Assembly: GCA_049513715.1 (NCBI GenBank) | Contig: JBEKVV010000001.1 | Span: 576,001 to 640,000 of the forward strand | Reading direction: 5' to 3' | Length of the DNA: 64,000 bases | Source of the DNA: Candidatus Bathyarchaeia archaeon | Lineage (GTDB): Archaea > Thermoproteota > Bathyarchaeia > 40CM-2-53-6 | In this document: positions 10,325-19,848 of the stretch, piece after piece | How positions within the stretch are numbered: position 1 is the first letter of the stretch | Layout of the letters: each line of letters starts with the position of its first letter | The notes under the pieces: generated by a model | Database searches by the model: none | What the model saw: only the letters and a program-made list of their open reading frames with translations | Told to the model about the DNA's origin: nothing | Made by a program: the position numbers and the translations under genes

Positions 10325-11101
10325 TCAGAGAAGTCGTGGTATTTCTATGGGCAAGACCAGTGTTGGAAGCTTCACGTAGAAATAGACATAGACCGCTGCT
10401 GCTAACCCTAGTGTTGTTGCTAGAATTGCCACGTAGTCTGCGAAGTGCAATTTTAGTGTGACAATGGCGGTTCTTTTCTCGCTGGCTCCGAAGGCGCGGG
10501 ATTCGAGTGCTTCCGCTAGCTCTACGCTTCTTCGGATTGCGGATATAATCAGCGGAATGAGGATTGGGATGTAGTTCCTGACTCGCTTCATGAAGTTCCC
10601 TTTATCGAGTTCAAGGCCTCTGGAGCGTTGGGCGTCCACCACTGTCTGCGCGTCCAATGCCATTGTGGGAACAAGCCGCACGGCGGTGGTGAAAGTGAAA
10701 GATATCGAGTACGGCACGTGGATTTGTTCAAGGGCTAGTCCTAAGTCGTCTGCGGAGGTGGTCATGAAGAAGAACGAGAACGCCGAAACAATTGCGAAGA
10801 AACGAACCATAAACGCCAAGGCCGAAGCCAAAGGGGTCCCGAAAATAACGTTCGTGATGAGTATGAATAGGCCAAGGAACAGCCCGCCCCGCATAGACCG
10901 CAACCACCGGTCCGCACTTTTGGCTAAGAGCACGAGTGGGACTTGGGTGAAGAAGGTGATCAGCAGCACGTAGATGTTAGTGAACATCAAGGCAACCGTA
11001 AAGAACCCTAAGGTTACGAGGAACTTTGCTCTCGGGTCCAGCCTGTGAATTAGGCTGTCAATTTTTGTGAACTTGAAGCCTTCAACAAATCTCAGCGACA
11101 A
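10325..11101 (-). CDS. ecfT: ECF transporter transmembrane T component
   Basis: IHRLDPRAK, AQRSRG and ALESRAF motifs. Confidence 0.92.
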   Translation of the reverse strand: MSLRFVEGFKFTKIDSLIHRLDPRAKFLVTLGFFTVALMFTNIYVLLITFFTQVPLVLLAKSADRWLRSMRGGLFLGLFILITNVIFGTPLASALAFMVRFFAIVSAFSFFFMTTSADDLGLALEQIHVPYSISFTFTTAVRLVPTMALDAQTVVDAQRSRGLELDKGNFMKRVRNYIPILIPLIISAIRRSVELAEALESRAFGASEKRTAIVTLKLHFADYVAILATTLGLAAAVYVYFYVKLPTLVLPIEIPRLL

Positions 11102-11108
11102 TTGTTGG

Positions 11109-11957
11109 TCACCTTTTCAGGAGTTCCGCGGGGGCCTTAGTGGCGTCCCTGAATCTGGCCGTGATGAATTCCCTGGCCACATACGCGTCGATTATGTCGA
11201 GTGGGAAATCGAACTCCTTCAAATTCCTCATAAGAACCGAGATCTGGGGCATCACAAGGGATGATTGGGCGACTAATTTCTCATCGGTTAGTATTTTCGT
11301 CGCCTGGCCATCGGCAATGATCCTACCTTTTGATAGGAGTACGATTCTGGGTTTGCACTCGGCCACGAACTCAACATCATGAGTGACGATTACCACAGTC
11401 TTGCCCTGTGAAACGAGTTGAATGATGAACTGCCTTAACTTGTCCTTTTGCAAATAATCTTGCCCGATCGTTGGTTCATCCATAACTACGTGCTTCGGGT
11501 CCCAGACAAGAATCGCTGCCAGGGCTACGCGTTTTCTCTCCCCCCCACTGAGTACAAAGGGTGATGAACTCTCATAGCGTTCCAAGTCAAGTGCTGTGAG
11601 AAGTGTCGTTATCCTGCGTTGGATCACATCTTCGCTGAAGCCGAAATTTCTCAGCGAAAAACCAAGTTCTTGGGCGACGGTTTCAGCGAATAATTGGTGG
11701 TCCGGGTTTTGGAAGATCAGGCCAACATTGCGGGAGAGCTGTGCAACCGACTTGTCTGTCGTGTAGACGCCGTCAACGGATACCTTCCCGGAATTGGGCT
11801 TCAAGAGGCCATTGAACATCTTGACTAGAGTCGTCTTGCCGGCGCCATTTTCTCCCATTATGGCGACGAACTCGCCGTCACCGATCTGAAGGCTTACGTC
11901 ATGTAGGACATCCGTTCCCATTGGGTAGTGGAAGGTTGCGTTCTCGACCGTAATCAT
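11109..11957 (-). CDS. ecfA: ECF transporter ATPase
   Basis: GENGAGKT, FQNPDHQ, LSGGE, DEPT. Confidence 0.92.
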   Translation of the reverse strand: MITVENATFHYPMGTDVLHDVSLQIGDGEFVAIMGENGAGKTTLVKMFNGLLKPNSGKVSVDGVYTTDKSVAQLSRNVGLIFQNPDHQLFAETVAQELGFSLRNFGFSEDVIQRRITTLLTALDLERYESSSPFVLSGGERKRVALAAILVWDPKHVVMDEPTIGQDYLQKDKLRQFIIQLVSQGKTVVIVTHDVEFVAECKPRIVLLSKGRIIADGQATKILTDEKLVAQSSLVMPQISVLMRNLKEFDFPLDIIDAYVAREFITARFRDATKAPAELLKR

Positions 11958-12796
11958 TTGATGAGGAACCTTCTGAGAAGGTCTGCTGCTTGTTCAACAG
12001 TGGTTGGGTTCTCGGCTATTGGAAAACCATCCAGCCTGAGGAGATGAAAGAGCATCGTGACGCGCGGTAGCCCGATGCCTATCAGGCGGGCGGTGTCACC
12101 GTAGATCTCCGAAGGGGGGCCGTCCAGGGCTACTTTCCCCTTATCCATCACGATTATGCGGGTTGCGTACCGTGAGACTATGTCCAATCTGTGCTCGACG
12201 AGCAGTGTAGTCAATTGAAGCTCTTGGTTCAGTTTGGCTATGACCGCGATTATCTCCTCGGCCGAGCGCGGGTCAAGAAAGGACGTCGGTTCATCCAAAA
12301 CAAGAATGCTCGGGCGCATGGCGAGGACTCCAGCGATCGCGGTGCGTTGCTGTTGGCCGCCGGAGAGTTCGTAAGGCGCTTTTTCCCGAAGCTCGTACAC
12401 GCCAGTCGCTTTCATCGCCCATTGGGTTCTCTGAATTGCCTCGTCACGTGGGACTGCGAGATTCTCCAAACCAAACGCGACATCTCGTTCAACGGAGAGG
12501 GAGAACAGTTGGTTCTCTGGGTTTTGGAACACGAATCCGATGTGGGTGGCAAGTTCTGCTGTGGATTTGCCGATAGTGTTCAACCCGTCAACCTCCAGGT
12601 TGCCTTCTAGGTTTCCTGAGTAGAAGTTTGGGATGAGACCGTTCAAACATCTGCAGAATGTGGTTTTTCCGCAGCCGCTGGGGCCGGTGAGAATGACAAA
12701 TTCGCCTTTCTCGATTGAGATGTTCACGTCCTCCATTGAGGGGCTGCCGGCACCCGCATAGGTGAATGTGAGATTCCGAGCTGCAATTGCGGGCAA
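11954..12796 (-). CDS. ecfA: ECF transporter ATPase
   Basis: GPSGCGKT, FQNPENQ, LSGGQQQR, DEPT. Confidence 0.92.
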   Translation of the reverse strand: MPAIAARNLTFTYAGAGSPSMEDVNISIEKGEFVILTGPSGCGKTTFCRCLNGLIPNFYSGNLEGNLEVDGLNTIGKSTAELATHIGFVFQNPENQLFSLSVERDVAFGLENLAVPRDEAIQRTQWAMKATGVYELREKAPYELSGGQQQRTAIAGVLAMRPSILVLDEPTSFLDPRSAEEIIAVIAKLNQELQLTTLLVEHRLDIVSRYATRIIVMDKGKVALDGPPSEIYGDTARLIGIGLPRVTMLFHLLRLDGFPIAENPTTVEQAADLLRRFLIK

Positions 12797-12823
12797 CGAG
12801 TTGTTTCCCTCGGCATGTTCATC

Positions 12824-13882
12824 TCATTTTTGCGTAATTACCCTAGTTTGGGATGAAGCCTCCGCGTTACCCGTGTCGGCGGTATTAGGTTTTGGGGAAC
12901 GTGACAAGAACTCCCGGACAAGGCTCAACGCGTTCTTCAAAGCTTCATTCGCCTCCCCCTTCACCTGTGCCCCTGCTGCCGTCGCATGTCCCCCTCCCAT
13001 TCCCCCCATCCTAAGGCCCAAAGGGTTCGCCAAGTCAGACCCAAGGTGCATCCCAGTCTCAGTCACGAACTCCCGAGTCGACCTGAGGCTAACGGTCAAA
13101 TCACCATCCCTCTTTCCAGCAACTATCGCCAGATGAGCACCCAAGGCAACTAGTCCTCGCGCGGCCGAGGCATGGTACGACCCCACTTCCGACGACGCCA
13201 CCAACCACTTCCCAACCCGCTCCATCCGCACACGTTGGGCTGACTTGATCCTAGCAAACCTCTCAGAATCGTCCATTGTGGGGCGGGTGGCCGCAATCGC
13301 TTCTTGAGGATCAGCCCCTGCCGAAACAAGGGTGTAGGCGTTCTTGAAGGTGCGGCGTGTTCCAATCGTCATGTGTCCCGTTTCAACAAGCACGCCAAGC
13401 AAAAGAGCTTGACTGACAGTCGGATTGAGCTTCACACCCATTTCCTCATACATTTCAAGAACCATTTCGCACGTAGATGTGGAATGCTCATCGCATAGAA
13501 CCAAAGCAGCGGTTTTGGTGTTTTCAGGGTGCGGAGCATGATGGTCTATCATGACTAGAGGTTTAGCGGAATGCAAAACCTCTTCCTTCAACTTCCCGAG
13601 CTGTTGAAGTGTATTCGTGTCGACGGTTACAATTAGGTCGACGGAGTCCAGCCGCGGGCTCTCATCCACTTCCAGAGGGACGAGGTGGAGGATTTGCTTC
13701 GACAATTTGCTGACGCCATCAGGCGACGTGAACGTCAATTGAAGTTTAGGGTTAATTTTGTTGGCCAGAGCCATGAAAGCGTAAGCTGAGCAAACGGCGT
13801 CTGGGTCGGAGTTCTGGTGGCCTACGACTAACGCGCTCCTTGACTTTCGAAGGAGTCTCACTAGACTGGCTTGTCCACGCAA
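12824..13882 (-). CDS. DHH/DHHA1 phosphoesterase (NrnA-like)
   Basis: HQNSDPDA, IDHH, GGGHATAAG. Confidence 0.88.
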   Translation of the reverse strand: MRGQASLVRLLRKSRSALVVGHQNSDPDAVCSAYAFMALANKINPKLQLTFTSPDGVSKLSKQILHLVPLEVDESPRLDSVDLIVTVDTNTLQQLGKLKEEVLHSAKPLVMIDHHAPHPENTKTAALVLCDEHSTSTCEMVLEMYEEMGVKLNPTVSQALLLGVLVETGHMTIGTRRTFKNAYTLVSAGADPQEAIAATRPTMDDSERFARIKSAQRVRMERVGKWLVASSEVGSYHASAARGLVALGAHLAIVAGKRDGDLTVSLRSTREFVTETGMHLGSDLANPLGLRMGGMGGGHATAAGAQVKGEANEALKNALSLVREFLSRSPKPNTADTGNAEASSQTRVITQK

Positions 13883-14163
13883 AGACTGAGCTCCTTGACT
13901 TTGGCATCCGCGGCAGAGAACGCGATGTCCGTGGCCTCAGATACGATATGGTCGAGGTCCTCATTGCCAGTGGCGAGCTCGATCGCCACCTCAACGTAGA
14001 GCAGGAGCGGTTTGTCTCCTTCTGCCTCAACTGTGACATCCAAGTCGCTGATTTGTTTCACGGATATTTTCGAAAGCAGATGTCGTCTTGCTGCTTCTTC
14101 AGCTGCCGAGCATATTTGCTCTATTTCCTCGGTCTTAGGCTTTCGAGCTAGCTCAATGCCCAT
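13861..14163 (-). CDS. DUF3194-like small archaeal protein
   Basis: AEEAARRHLLSKI..ISDLDVTVE pattern; conserved position after prefoldin beta. Confidence 0.65.
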   Translation of the reverse strand: MGIELARKPKTEEIEQICSAAEEAARRHLLSKISVKQISDLDVTVEAEGDKPLLLYVEVAIELATGNEDLDHIVSEATDIAFSAADAKVKELSLCVDKPV

Positions 14164-14207
14164 TGCGGCCTGGTCCCGTTAACGCGTTGAATTCGATCCT
14201 TGAACTG

Positions 14208-14576
14208 TTACTTTGTGGAAGTCCTGGGGCTCTGTAAGCGTTCTTGGAGTTTTTCTTGAACTTCTTTTAGCCTTTCGCGCGTTCGGTCCTCCTGCTTTCC
14301 GAGAACTGTCACGCGAGTGGTTAGAAGTTCCTTTCTCTCCTTCAATTCGGTGAGCAAATTCTGACGGTTAGATTTGACTAGAATGCTGCCAACGCTTTTG
14401 TATACTGGCGTCTCGTCAGTGGATTTCTCAAGCTCCGCAAGTGCCTTGTCAGTCTCATTCAATTCCAGCTCCAACTGCTGCTTCTGCGACGACACTGACT
14501 GGAGTGTTTGTTGAAGCTGCTGAAGTCGAACCAACTGCTCTTGGAGTTGCGGTGGTAACTCTACTTCTTCACCCAA
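14208..14576 (-). CDS. pfdB: Prefoldin beta subunit
   Basis: ELPPQLQEQL, VYKSVGSILVK, coiled coils. Confidence 0.95.
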   Translation of the reverse strand: MGEEVELPPQLQEQLVRLQQLQQTLQSVSSQKQQLELELNETDKALAELEKSTDETPVYKSVGSILVKSNRQNLLTELKERKELLTTRVTVLGKQEDRTRERLKEVQEKLQERLQSPRTSTK

Positions 14577-14764
14577 AATTGATGCCTTCAAAAATTCCGC
14601 GTGGATCTGCGTAGCGTTAAGGCGGCGGCTAATTAAGTATTTCAGAAATACTGGGCATCGCCGTCAAGAACTGGATGCTCAACACAACTTTGAAGTCTCA
14701 CTCGGCGCAGTACGAGCAGAATTAAGGAACATTATTCGCGGGAGAAGACAACCGACGACCCTCA

Positions 14765-15402
14765 ATGCTCGCTGCATACTCTTCGACCTGGATGGGACAT
14801 TGTACGACTCATCCGAATATAGTAGACATCTTGAAGAAGAGATAGCGCGAGTAGTCTCAGAAGAACTCTCCATAGACAAAGGCCACGCCGTGGTCCTACT
14901 CAAGCGCAAGAGGAAAGAAATCGGAACACTAACACGCACAATCGAAAGCTTAGGCATAGACCGGAAACTATTCTACAAGAAAATCTCTACAAGAGTCGAG
15001 CCGAGGCTCTACATTTCACCAAATCCGACCATTCAACAAACGATCAGGCAACTCAAGCAGATCGGGTTCGGCATCGGACTAGTTTCAAACAGTGGGCGCG
15101 AACTCGTGGAGAAGATACTAGGCGCGATTGGCGTTGAAGCTGCGCTGTTCGACACAATAGTCACAAGCAATGAGGCCAAGCCTAAACCTTCCCCAGAGCC
15201 CTATCTGCTAGCAGTTGAAAACCTGGGATGCAACAGGAATGAAGCGGTGTATGTTGGGGACCGCGAGGAGGCGGAACTTCGGCCCGCCCGAGAGCTTGGG
15301 CTGAAAACTGTCCTCGTTAGTGCCGAGAAACGAAAGAGTGAATGGGCCGACGCTATCGTAACCAACATCTCTCAACTCCCTAACGTGCTCATCAGAGGGT
15401 GA
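14765..15402 (+). CDS. HAD-family hydrolase; 5' end uncertain
   Basis: ILFDLDGTLYD lies just upstream of the listed TTG at 14800; VSNS, KPSPEPY, YVGDR motifs. Confidence 0.85.
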
Positions 15403-15488
15403 TTCAAATCCTTTGATCGAGAAGCAGGGAAAGGCTATAGTCACCGGCCATCTGCCTATTATGACAAAGGAAGCTGGAGGCTCTGGAA

Positions 15489-17111
15489 GTGGAAGAGGGC
15501 GCTACGCGGCTGGATATTGCGCTCATTAACAAAGCCGCATATCCTGAGCCCACAGAAAAAGTCGAACTCGTCCAGACGCACATCTCCTACGTCTTCCTAA
15601 CGGACAATTACGTCTACAAAATCAAGAAACCCGTAAACTTCGGGTTCCTCGACTTCTCAACACTCGAAAAAAGAAAGCACTACTGCGAACGCGAGGTGGA
15701 ACTCAACAAACGCCTCTCGCCAGACGTGTACTTGGAGGTCCTACCCATAACAATGCACAACGGAACCGTCGCAATAAGTGGGAAGGGCCGAGTAATCGAA
15801 TACGCGGTGAAAATGCGGCGGATTCCGATGGAGACCCTCATGATAAGGCTGTTGAAGGATGGTCGCCTCAGTCGCGAAACTGTTGAGAATGTCGCACGAA
15901 AAATCGCGCAGTTCCATGCTGACGCAGCTGTGTCCAAAGAAATCGACCGGTTCGGAAGCATCGATGTGATCAAGACTAATACGAATGAAAACTTCGCGCA
16001 GACGGACAAATACATTGGGAAGTCCATAACGAAAAACCAGTTCGATGCAATACGCCGCTTCACCGATGATTATCTGAATAACAGACCCCACTTGTTCAAC
16101 AGAAGGATAGCCGAAGGCAGGATTAGAGACTGCCACGGGGACCTACATCTGGAGCACATATGCATAACCGAGCCAATCAGAATATTCGACTGCATTGAGT
16201 TCAACGACCGTTTCCGTTATTCGGATACTGCTGCGGACATCGCGTTCCTTGCCATGGATCTAGATTTCCACGGTCGAAGAGAATTGTCAAAGGTGCTGAT
16301 GGATGCGTACGTCAAATTCTCAGGAGACAAAGGAGCCTCCGATATGGTGAACTTCTACAAGGTTTACCGCGCCTACGTGAGGGGCAAGGTGATAAGCTTC
16401 CGCCTCGACTCCGACGACCCTACCATCCAGCAAGAGGCGCTCCGAACCGCGCAGAAATACTTCAACCTCGCAGCATCATACCTTCAGGAGGACCCGGGAA
16501 CTCGTCCGTTGCCCGCTAACAGACCTAAACTCATCATCACCTGCGGACTCATGGGCACAGGCAAAACCACAATCGCGAAGGAACTTGCTGAAACAAACGG
16601 GTGGGAATTGATATCATCGGACACAGTGAGGAAAGAACTCGCGGGAATTCCATCCACCCAGCACCAATACGAAAAATGGGGCAAAGGGATATACTCAAGC
16701 GAGTTCAGCCGGAAGACCTACGAGAGAATGAATGAGATAGCAGAGAATTATCTGAAGAACGGCAGCTCCGTCGTGATGGACGCCTGCTACGGAAAGAAAA
16801 CCGAAAGGGCAAGCGTCTACGCCGTCGCTAAAGCAACAGGCGCCGACTTCACGTGCATAGAACTGGTCTGCTCAGATGGAGAGCTGAAGAGAAGGCTCAC
16901 GACAAGGACGAGTGAACGAGGGTCAATCTCGGACGGAAGATGGGAAATCTTCTCAGACCAGAAAGCGAACTTCGAGAAAATAGACGACTTCCGTAAAGAA
17001 GAACAGATGGTCGTCGATGGGTCGAAACCAAAGGAAGAGTTGGTGAAGCAGATAATGCATGAGGTTGGGAGAAGGACTGAAGCCAACACCTCCAAGAATC
17101 CGCAGCCTTAG
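15489..17111 (+). CDS. Aminoglycoside-phosphotransferase-like domain fused to an AAA_33 kinase domain
   Basis: QTHISYVFL, YKIKKPV, RDCHGDLHL, DCIEFN; GLMGTGKT, SSDTVRK. Confidence 0.88.
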   Translation: MEEGATRLDIALINKAAYPEPTEKVELVQTHISYVFLTDNYVYKIKKPVNFGFLDFSTLEKRKHYCEREVELNKRLSPDVYLEVLPITMHNGTVAISGKGRVIEYAVKMRRIPMETLMIRLLKDGRLSRETVENVARKIAQFHADAAVSKEIDRFGSIDVIKTNTNENFAQTDKYIGKSITKNQFDAIRRFTDDYLNNRPHLFNRRIAEGRIRDCHGDLHLEHICITEPIRIFDCIEFNDRFRYSDTAADIAFLAMDLDFHGRRELSKVLMDAYVKFSGDKGASDMVNFYKVYRAYVRGKVISFRLDSDDPTIQQEALRTAQKYFNLAASYLQEDPGTRPLPANRPKLIITCGLMGTGKTTIAKELAETNGWELISSDTVRKELAGIPSTQHQYEKWGKGIYSSEFSRKTYERMNEIAENYLKNGSSVVMDACYGKKTERASVYAVAKATGADFTCIELVCSDGELKRRLTTRTSERGSISDGRWEIFSDQKANFEKIDDFRKEEQMVVDGSKPKEELVKQIMHEVGRRTEANTSKNPQP

Positions 17112-17239
17112 ATGGTAACCCTGATTTTACCGCCAGCACTCTAGAACCAAAATAGCCCATTGGTTCGCGTCGAAACCTTCGACTGAAATTCACCATAACT
17201 GTTAAGTCGAATAATACTGGTAGCTTGCACGGATGAAAG

Positions 17240-18493
17240 ATGCCTTCCAAAATCAAGGATGCTGGCCTAGCCAAACAGGGCAAACTGAGGATCGAATGGG
17301 CAGAATCACGCATGCCAGTTCTCATGAAGCTAAGAAGAGATCACTCGGAATCGAAGCCGTTGCGCGGTATGAGGATCGCTGGATGTCTCCACATAACCAC
17401 AGAGACCGCTGTCCTCGTCAGGACACTCAAAGCGGCTGGAGCGCAAACGGTTTGGTCAGGCTGCAACCCGCTCTCAACACAAGATGATGTAGCTGCAGCT
17501 TTGGCGGATGAGGGGATAGACATCTTTGGTTGGAGGGGGCTGTCTAAAGACGAGTATTACTGGTGCATCGAAAAAGTCATCGAGACAAAGCCGAACATGA
17601 CTCTCGATGACGGTGCCGACCTAGTATTCACATTGCATGATTCTCACAAAGATCAGTTGAAGGACGTCGTTGGCGGGACTGAGGAGACAACGACGGGCGT
17701 CCATAGGCTGAGGGCGCTAGCACAAGAGGGAAAACTCAGGTATCCAATAATCGGCGTCAACGACGCCGAGACCAAATGGGACTTCGACAACGTCTATGGA
17801 ACAGGCCAATCGTCGATTGACGGAATCATAAGGTCCACAAACGTGCTGATCGCGGGCAAGAATTTCGTCGTGGGCGGCTACGGCCATTGCGGGAAGGGGT
17901 TAGCAATGCGAGCGAAAGGCCTGGGGGCAAACGTGATCGTAACCGAAGTTGAGCCTGTAAATGCGCTCAAAGCGGCCATGGAAGGTTTCCGGGTCATGCC
18001 GATGATGGAGGCCGCAAAGGTTGGAGACATCTTCATCACTGCCACCGGATGCAGTGACGTGATAACTGGCAAGCAGATGAATCTGATGAAGGACGGCGCC
18101 ATCCTCTGCAACACCGGACACTTCAATGTAGAGGTTTCCGTAACCGACCTCGAGCAACTCGCAAAAGACAAGAGAGAGATTAGGCCGAATAATATGGAGT
18201 ACACCTTAGCGAATGGAAGGAGGCTCTACCTACTCGCAGAGGGTAGACTGGTAAACCTGGGTGCAGCTGAGGGCCACCCCTCCGAAGTAATGGACATGAG
18301 CTTTGCAGATCAATTCCTCTCCCTCGTCTACCTCGCTAAAGAAGGAAAAACAATGAAGCCCGGCGTCTATGATTTTCCAAAGGAACTGGACCGCGAAGTA
18401 GCCAGGATAAAACTGCAGAGTATGGGGATGGAGATAGACCAACTAACGCCTGAGCAAAATCGTTACGTCAGGGGCTACGGGGCGGGAACCTGA
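17240..18493 (+). CDS. ahcY: Adenosylhomocysteinase, HxTxE type (SAH hydrolase)
   Basis: CLHITTET, CNPLSTQDD, EETTTGVH, FDNVYGTG, GHPSEVMDMSF. Confidence 0.95.
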   Translation: MPSKIKDAGLAKQGKLRIEWAESRMPVLMKLRRDHSESKPLRGMRIAGCLHITTETAVLVRTLKAAGAQTVWSGCNPLSTQDDVAAALADEGIDIFGWRGLSKDEYYWCIEKVIETKPNMTLDDGADLVFTLHDSHKDQLKDVVGGTEETTTGVHRLRALAQEGKLRYPIIGVNDAETKWDFDNVYGTGQSSIDGIIRSTNVLIAGKNFVVGGYGHCGKGLAMRAKGLGANVIVTEVEPVNALKAAMEGFRVMPMMEAAKVGDIFITATGCSDVITGKQMNLMKDGAILCNTGHFNVEVSVTDLEQLAKDKREIRPNNMEYTLANGRRLYLLAEGRLVNLGAAEGHPSEVMDMSFADQFLSLVYLAKEGKTMKPGVYDFPKELDREVARIKLQSMGMEIDQLTPEQNRYVRGYGAGT

Positions 18494-18503
18494 GGATCCG
18501 GCG

Positions 18504-19367
18504 CTAGCTTCGAAGGTTTTCGACGATTTTTTGGGCTGAGTGTGACCTATTCAAAGTATAGAAATGAATTCCGGGGACTCCACGTGCGATGAGTTCTCTA
18601 CATTGCCCGGTAGCATGCACAATACCATATTGCTGGACCGCTTCTAGATCATTCTGAATGGCTTCAAGATCCGTCGCGAGTTTCTCTGGAATCTTCGCTC
18701 CGCAGGTTTGAGTGAACCGCACGATCTGACCGTAATTTGTGATCGGCATGATCCCTGGGATAATGGGAATTGTTATCCCTTTTTCCCGCATTCTTGTTTC
18801 GAAAGCGAAGAAATCGCGGTTGTCGAAGAAGAGTTGAGTAATGATGAAATCGGCTCCTGCCATGACTTTTTCTCGGAGATGGTCCCAATCCGTTTCTTTA
18901 TTGGGAGATTCTATGTGTCCTTCGGGGTAACCTGCAACAGCAATGCAAAAAGGATAGGAAGTGTGAATGAAGTTCGTCAGTTCACTTGCATGTTTGAACC
19001 CATCCGAATGAGGTCTGAAACTCATTTCTCCTTTTGGAGGATCGCCGCGTAGTGCGATTACGTTTTCGATCCCTGAACTGTTCAACTCATCAAGAATGTT
19101 CGTGAGTTTCTGTTTTGAGTGCCCGACACAAGTGAGGTGTGCCATGCTTTCCAGACCGATTTCACTTTTAGCGCGTTTCACAATCTCGACGGTCTTATCT
19201 TGGGTTCGACCACCGGCACCGTAGGTCACAGAGACAAATCCGGGTTTCAGTTTTGCGATTTGTTTCAAGGTTTCGTAGAGCTGAATCGTGGCCTCCTCCG
19301 TTTTTGGGGGGAAGAACTCGAACGAGAATACGGGCCTATTTTTCTGTAGTATCTCAGTGATTTTCAT
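18504..19367 (-). CDS. metF: 5,10-methylenetetrahydrofolate reductase (bacterial-type)
   Basis: FSFEFFPPK, SVTYGAGG, AHLTC, LRGDPP, YPEGH, TQLFFD, HFYTLN; start at ATG 19367. Confidence 0.94.
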   Translation of the reverse strand: MKITEILQKNRPVFSFEFFPPKTEEATIQLYETLKQIAKLKPGFVSVTYGAGGRTQDKTVEIVKRAKSEIGLESMAHLTCVGHSKQKLTNILDELNSSGIENVIALRGDPPKGEMSFRPHSDGFKHASELTNFIHTSYPFCIAVAGYPEGHIESPNKETDWDHLREKVMAGADFIITQLFFDNRDFFAFETRMREKGITIPIIPGIMPITNYGQIVRFTQTCGAKIPEKLATDLEAIQNDLEAVQQYGIVHATGQCRELIARGVPGIHFYTLNRSHSAQKIVENLRS

Positions 19368-19594
19368 GAAAGGGCCTCTTCCCGGCACTACTGAGGAATA
19401 GGTTGAAGCACTATGAAAAAAAGATGCTTGCTTGTGAGCACTGTACCAATGTGTCAACATGGCTCCTGTTAGCACTTGTGACCGAACTTGATTGCTCCAT
19501 AAGGAGCCTTATCGTCATACCGGGAGCCTCAATTGAGGCTGCTATTGATAGGATAGTTTTCCTTGACTCTCTAAGCTAAATCAGCATTTCCTCG

Positions 19595-19795
19595 TTGCTC
19601 TGTGGTGTCAATGTGATAACTAACAGTAGCAGGCACATCCAAATAACCAAAAAGCGGTTTTGCCAAAAGTGCAATACTTTCACAGATCAAGTCTGCCATA
19701 AAGTCAGGTATCAGCAAGATTCAGAGAAATCAGAGCTGTTGATTAAGAAAAGCTACTGGGTCTGTCCTCTCTTGCCGCAACCCTTCGGGTTTTAA
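19595..19795 (+). CDS. Possible small zinc-ribbon protein (possibly frameshifted)
   Basis: CQKC; a second CxxC (CPLC) appears if one T is removed near 19771. Confidence 0.3.
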   Translation: MLCGVNVITNSSRHIQITKKRFCQKCNTFTDQVCHKVRYQQDSEKSELLIKKSYWVCPLLPQPFGF

Positions 19796-19848
19796 TCGAA
19801 CCTCACTAAGATGTGGCTTAGAGGTACCTGTTCTCTGGAGCTTTCTAT

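Noticed and set aside
17111..17240. SAH riboswitch upstream of the second ahcY
   Set aside because: No recognisable SAH riboswitch consensus
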